Of a stretch of 64,000 nucleotides of DNA, positions 60,613 through 64,000 are shown piece by piece. This stretch comes from Rhizodiscina lignyota (taxonomy: Eukaryota): positions 806,001 through 870,000 of the forward strand of contig ML978124.1 of NCBI GenBank assembly GCA_010015805.1. Reading direction: 5' to 3'. Under the pieces are notes generated by a model. The model saw only the letters and a program-made list of their open reading frames with translations. It was not told the DNA's origin and ran no database searches. Position numbers and translations under genes: made by a program. Every line of letters begins with the position of its first letter. The stretch's first letter is position 1.

Positions 60613-61754
60613 GGATGCGTCAGCACGAAGGAGAATGAGAGAGATGTTGGTGGCCATCTACGTTGCGGCAATCCCGGGTGGATGGTCTCCGCAACGAAGT
60701 TGACGGTGGGATACTAGGGCGTCTTGGAAATTTGTGTGCATAGCAAGGAGCTTCGGCGCACATATCTACGTCATCTGGAATTTCGGTACATTCGACAAAT
60801 AAATCTACCCCTCCAGGTGCTTTGTCACTCATTGTACCGCTGCCTGTTCTCTGTTGGGTGATGCTAACCGCTGGAACCACCCAAGATATTCTATATTTCA
60901 CTGCCACAATCACGATCACCCTCAGTAATTATGAGAAGACTGGAAGTCTGTTTCCAAACTTGGCGCTGACAACAGCTACATCCTTTTGATAGAGCTACTC
61001 TCTATTGGAATTGAGAGAACGGAGGCTCGCTCGCTCCAAACGTCGATACCAGGACATAAGAGGAATGCCGCCCCCGGAAGAAAAGGAGAGCAGAGAAGAT
61101 GGCGACGGAGGACGCTACACTGTCGCGATTAGAGGATGGAGAAGAACTGACAGCCGAGGACCACAAGATTCTAGATGCGAGAGCCAAGAGGCTCGCTGCT
61201 GACCGGGAAACCCACAAGAAGGCAGCAGAGAAAAAGAAAAAGGCAACAGCATCGTGAATTGCGTGATTAGAAGGTCGAGTTCTCTCCGAGCTCTGATGTC
61301 AAAAGGCTGACCAGATCATATTGACAGACTACTTCGCCAGACAGGTTATCCTCAGCACCAGTTCCTCAGATGAAAACCTTTGACTGAGAAGAAAGCATGG
61401 AGGAAATAGTTACACAACCATAAACCCTTAGTGTCACTATTCCACAGGCATGGAAACATGCTCATGTCAATTGCAGGAACGTCATTGTCCTCAGGCTTCG
61501 TGATGGAACCGATGGCCTCGATCACTGGAATCCATTCTTAGGTCGGTGCCTAGTTCATTTAGTTCGCATTGCGTAAATATTATGCAGTATCAAAATCATC
61601 GAGCCTGCAGAGATTGGAAGATTCCGCATCATTCTCCGGAGCTGCGGTCTAGTCGAGAGTGATAGAGACTACCGGGCGCTGACATTACATAGCGGACCGA
61701 ATTTACTCAGGCATTGTTGAGGCCATAGCCAAAAGCCATGAAGTGGAAAGATAC

Positions 61755-61794
61755 TATCCCATGCTTGCCGGCCAAGACCGGCAGGCATGGGATA
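61755..61794. repeat. 17-bp inverted repeat with 6-nt spacer
   Basis: TATCCCATGCTTGCCGG-CCAAGA-CCGGCAGGCATGGGATA; one T:G mismatch. Confidence 0.9.
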
Positions 61795-62290
61795 AGAAAT
61801 CTGTGGACATTTTATCCTAACTCTTGGCATGACCACTAACATTTAGGAATTCAAGCAATGCATATTATAAAAATTGAACATAAATTAGCTTCTAGACAAT
61901 TTTACTGTAATCTGGAATTTCTGGTAATGTTTCTAATAAATTCTGTCTATGTGTTGTGGTGGAATAACTATCTTCAGTATTCTAAACTCTCCACAAACTA
62001 TTATCTCATACCTACCGGTGAACCCGGTCCGGGAACTCAACCTTGTCTATGCCTTGATACCGCCAATATGACCAGCAATCGTGCTCGGCTGCTCGAAAAC
62101 GGCTAGTCCTAAGCTCGATAAAGCTGCGCGATCAACGCTGGAGAAGTGCAGGTACGATCGCAATGTAACGCACCGGCACCACATTCTCCTCTTCTCGAGC
62201 TCAAGCTCCGCATCATGATATACCAGCCACCATGGCTCATATCATGGAAACATTCTCCAGGTACCATTGCCTGCGACAATCCAGTCTGAA

Positions 62291-64000
62291 ATGTGGTCGA
62301 AAAGTGGAATTGTAGCTGCAGTACAGCTTTCCGCCTTTGTTGCTGCTGCCCAGCAATATGGCAGACCATTTCTCTCGGGCCCTGGGTCGAAGAGCCTGAT
62401 TCCTGGATGGTCCTTACAATCCTCTGCAAAGACAGGAAGCATCTCGAGTGTCTCTCATCCGAGTGTAGATACCTCGTCGTGGTATAACATTGGCCCAAGA
62501 GCCACAGTTTTTGGTGGTCTCCTCGACGCTGGCGTTTATACCGATACTCAACTTTGGTACCACACAAATTTAGTCACAACACCAGACTACTCTGAATTCG
62601 CTGTGCCTTGGATATACCGACATGAGTTCTCCCTCTCCACAGGAAAGGGCTCGCACTACTTCCTCATCACGAACGGCATAACCTCTAAAGCGGACGTTTA
62701 TCTCAATGGTCACGAGATTGCCTCCAAGCTTGTCCAAGCCGGTGCCTACGGAGGTTTAACATTCGACATTACCAATGCGGTTGGCAAAGAGAATGCATTG
62801 GCAATCCAGGCGTACCCAACGGACTACAACTTGGACTTTGCACTCGGATTCGTTGATTGGAATCCTTACCCACCAGACAATGGCACAGGCGTCTGGAGGG
62901 ATGTCTATGTCAAAGAAACTGGCCCGGTTGCTCTGGGATCCTTGAGGATTGTGACCGACTACGCAGGTGGTAGTGTGGAAAAAGTCAATGTGATGTTGAA
63001 GGTAGCTGTCACGAATTTGGAAGACGAATCTGTGACGGTGAAGTTCGCTGGTGCAATTGAGGACGAAAGCGGGAGCAATATCGGAAAGCCTTCCACAGTG
63101 CTGAAACTATCTCCTCATGAGAGTAAGACTGTCACATTGTCTACTTCAGTCAGCCATCCGAAGATCTGGTGGCCAAAACGCTGGGGCGGTCAGCCTCTTT
63201 ATGCGGCTCAAATTTCTGCTACGGTTGGCAAGGGGCTTTCAGACATCACCGAGAAGCGTAATTTTGGTATCCGCCACGTCACTTCTCATGTCAACGAGCA
63301 TAACGATACCATCTTCGCTGTCAATGGCCATCCATTCCAAGCCATCGGCGGAGGTTACTCTCCAGACATGTTCCTCCGCTGGGATTCTACTAGGTTTACC
63401 ACAATAGCTCAGTACATGCTCGACATGGGTCTCAACACTTTGCGTCTGGAAGGCAAATCAGAGCACCCAGAGCTCTACGACATCGCAGACCGTCTAGGCC
63501 TTATGATCATGCCAGGCTGGGAGTGCTGTGACAAATGGGAAGGCTGGTCTTACAATGATGAAGTCAGCGGTGTTCCTTTGTGGAATGCGAATGATTATCA
63601 AACTGCAAACCATTCAATAAGACACGAGGCGGCCATGATGCAAAGCCATCCTTCAATACTTGCTTTCCTGGTTGGTAGCGACTTTTACCCCAACGACGCC
63701 GCGACGGCCATATATGTGACGGCACTCGACGACTTTGATTGGCAAAACCCAATCATCTGTTCTGCGGGCAAGTTGGGCTATCCGAAGCTCTTAGGACCAA
63801 GTGGAATGAAGATGGTTGGCCCGTACGACTGGGTTCCGCCAGACTATTGGTATACTAAGCAACTCGGTGCAGCTTTCGGCTTCGGCTCTGAGCTCGGTGC
63901 AGGTGTCGGCACGCCTGAGAAGAGGAGTTTACAGCGCTTCCTCACCGAGAGTGACCAGAACGACCTGTGGCAACACCCAGACAAGACTCTTTACCACATG
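62291..64000 (+). CDS. Secreted GH2 exo-beta-D-glucosaminidase (CsxA/Gls93-like), 5' part; runs off the window
   Basis: Not in the ORF track (no stop inside the window). Signal peptide MWSKSGIVAAVQLSAFVAAA; GFVDWNPYPPDNGTGVWRDV, GGGYSPDMFLRWD, MPGWECCDKWE, FLVGSDF, GMKMVGPYDWVPP, FGSELGAGVGTPE. Confidence 0.92.
   Translation, partial: MWSKSGIVAAVQLSAFVAAAQQYGRPFLSGPGSKSLIPGWSLQSSAKTGSISSVSHPSVDTSSWYNIGPRATVFGGLLDAGVYTDTQLWYHTNLVTTPDYSEFAVPWIYRHEFSLSTGKGSHYFLITNGITSKADVYLNGHEIASKLVQAGAYGGLTFDITNAVGKENALAIQAYPTDYNLDFALGFVDWNPYPPDNGTGVWRDVYVKETGPVALGSLRIVTDYAGGSVEKVNVMLKVAVTNLEDESVTVKFAGAIEDESGSNIGKPSTVLKLSPHESKTVTLSTSVSHPKIWWPKRWGGQPLYAAQISATVGKGLSDITEKRNFGIRHVTSHVNEHNDTIFAVNGHPFQAIGGGYSPDMFLRWDSTRFTTIAQYMLDMGLNTLRLEGKSEHPELYDIADRLGLMIMPGWECCDKWEGWSYNDEVSGVPLWNANDYQTANHSIRHEAAMMQSHPSILAFLVGSDFYPNDAATAIYVTALDDFDWQNPIICSAGKLGYPKLLGPSGMKMVGPYDWVPPDYWYTKQLGAAFGFGSELGAGVGTPEKRSLQRFLTESDQNDLWQHPDKTLYHM

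Noticed and set aside
61005..61257. Purine-rich, charged ORF fragments
   Set aside because: Broken frames, no clear start and no homologous motif.

Overview
Eukaryotic, intron-containing genomic DNA from a filamentous ascomycete (Pezizomycotina; Dothideomycetes-like, inferred from gene content and short GT..CTRAC..YAG introns). About 23 protein-coding genes can be modelled by hand. Most are housekeeping: CysA/Cys2-type serine O-acyltransferase (partial), BolA3, Gac1-like PP1 glycogen-targeting subunit, EBP-like protein, RING-ZZ-SH3 protein, NOSIP-like RING protein, PARN/CAF1 nuclease, Pex26, PHF5A/Rds3, pinin, USP34-like deubiquitinase, isochorismatase-family protein, Cid1/CutA-like nucleotidyltransferase, Vtc1, Tctex-1 and a GH2 exo-beta-glucosaminidase (partial). 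An accessory-looking block at 29-37.7 kb holds an MDR oxidoreductase with two consecutive 8- and 7-nt microexons, a WW protein, a membrane protein, a HET-domain gene and a Zn2Cys6 factor. The most unusual element is a tandem pair of paralogous BTB/POZ genes at 54.6-58.7 kb. They share an N-terminal CxxCGAxxPCxAH motif and an intron at the same position, but carry different disordered middle modules: nucleoporin-like FG repeats plus a Nup98-type GLEBS motif in one, RGG repeats plus a basic NLS-like motif in the other. No rRNA, tRNA, CRISPR array or intact transposon was recognised. All calls come from motif recognition by eye; no searches were run.
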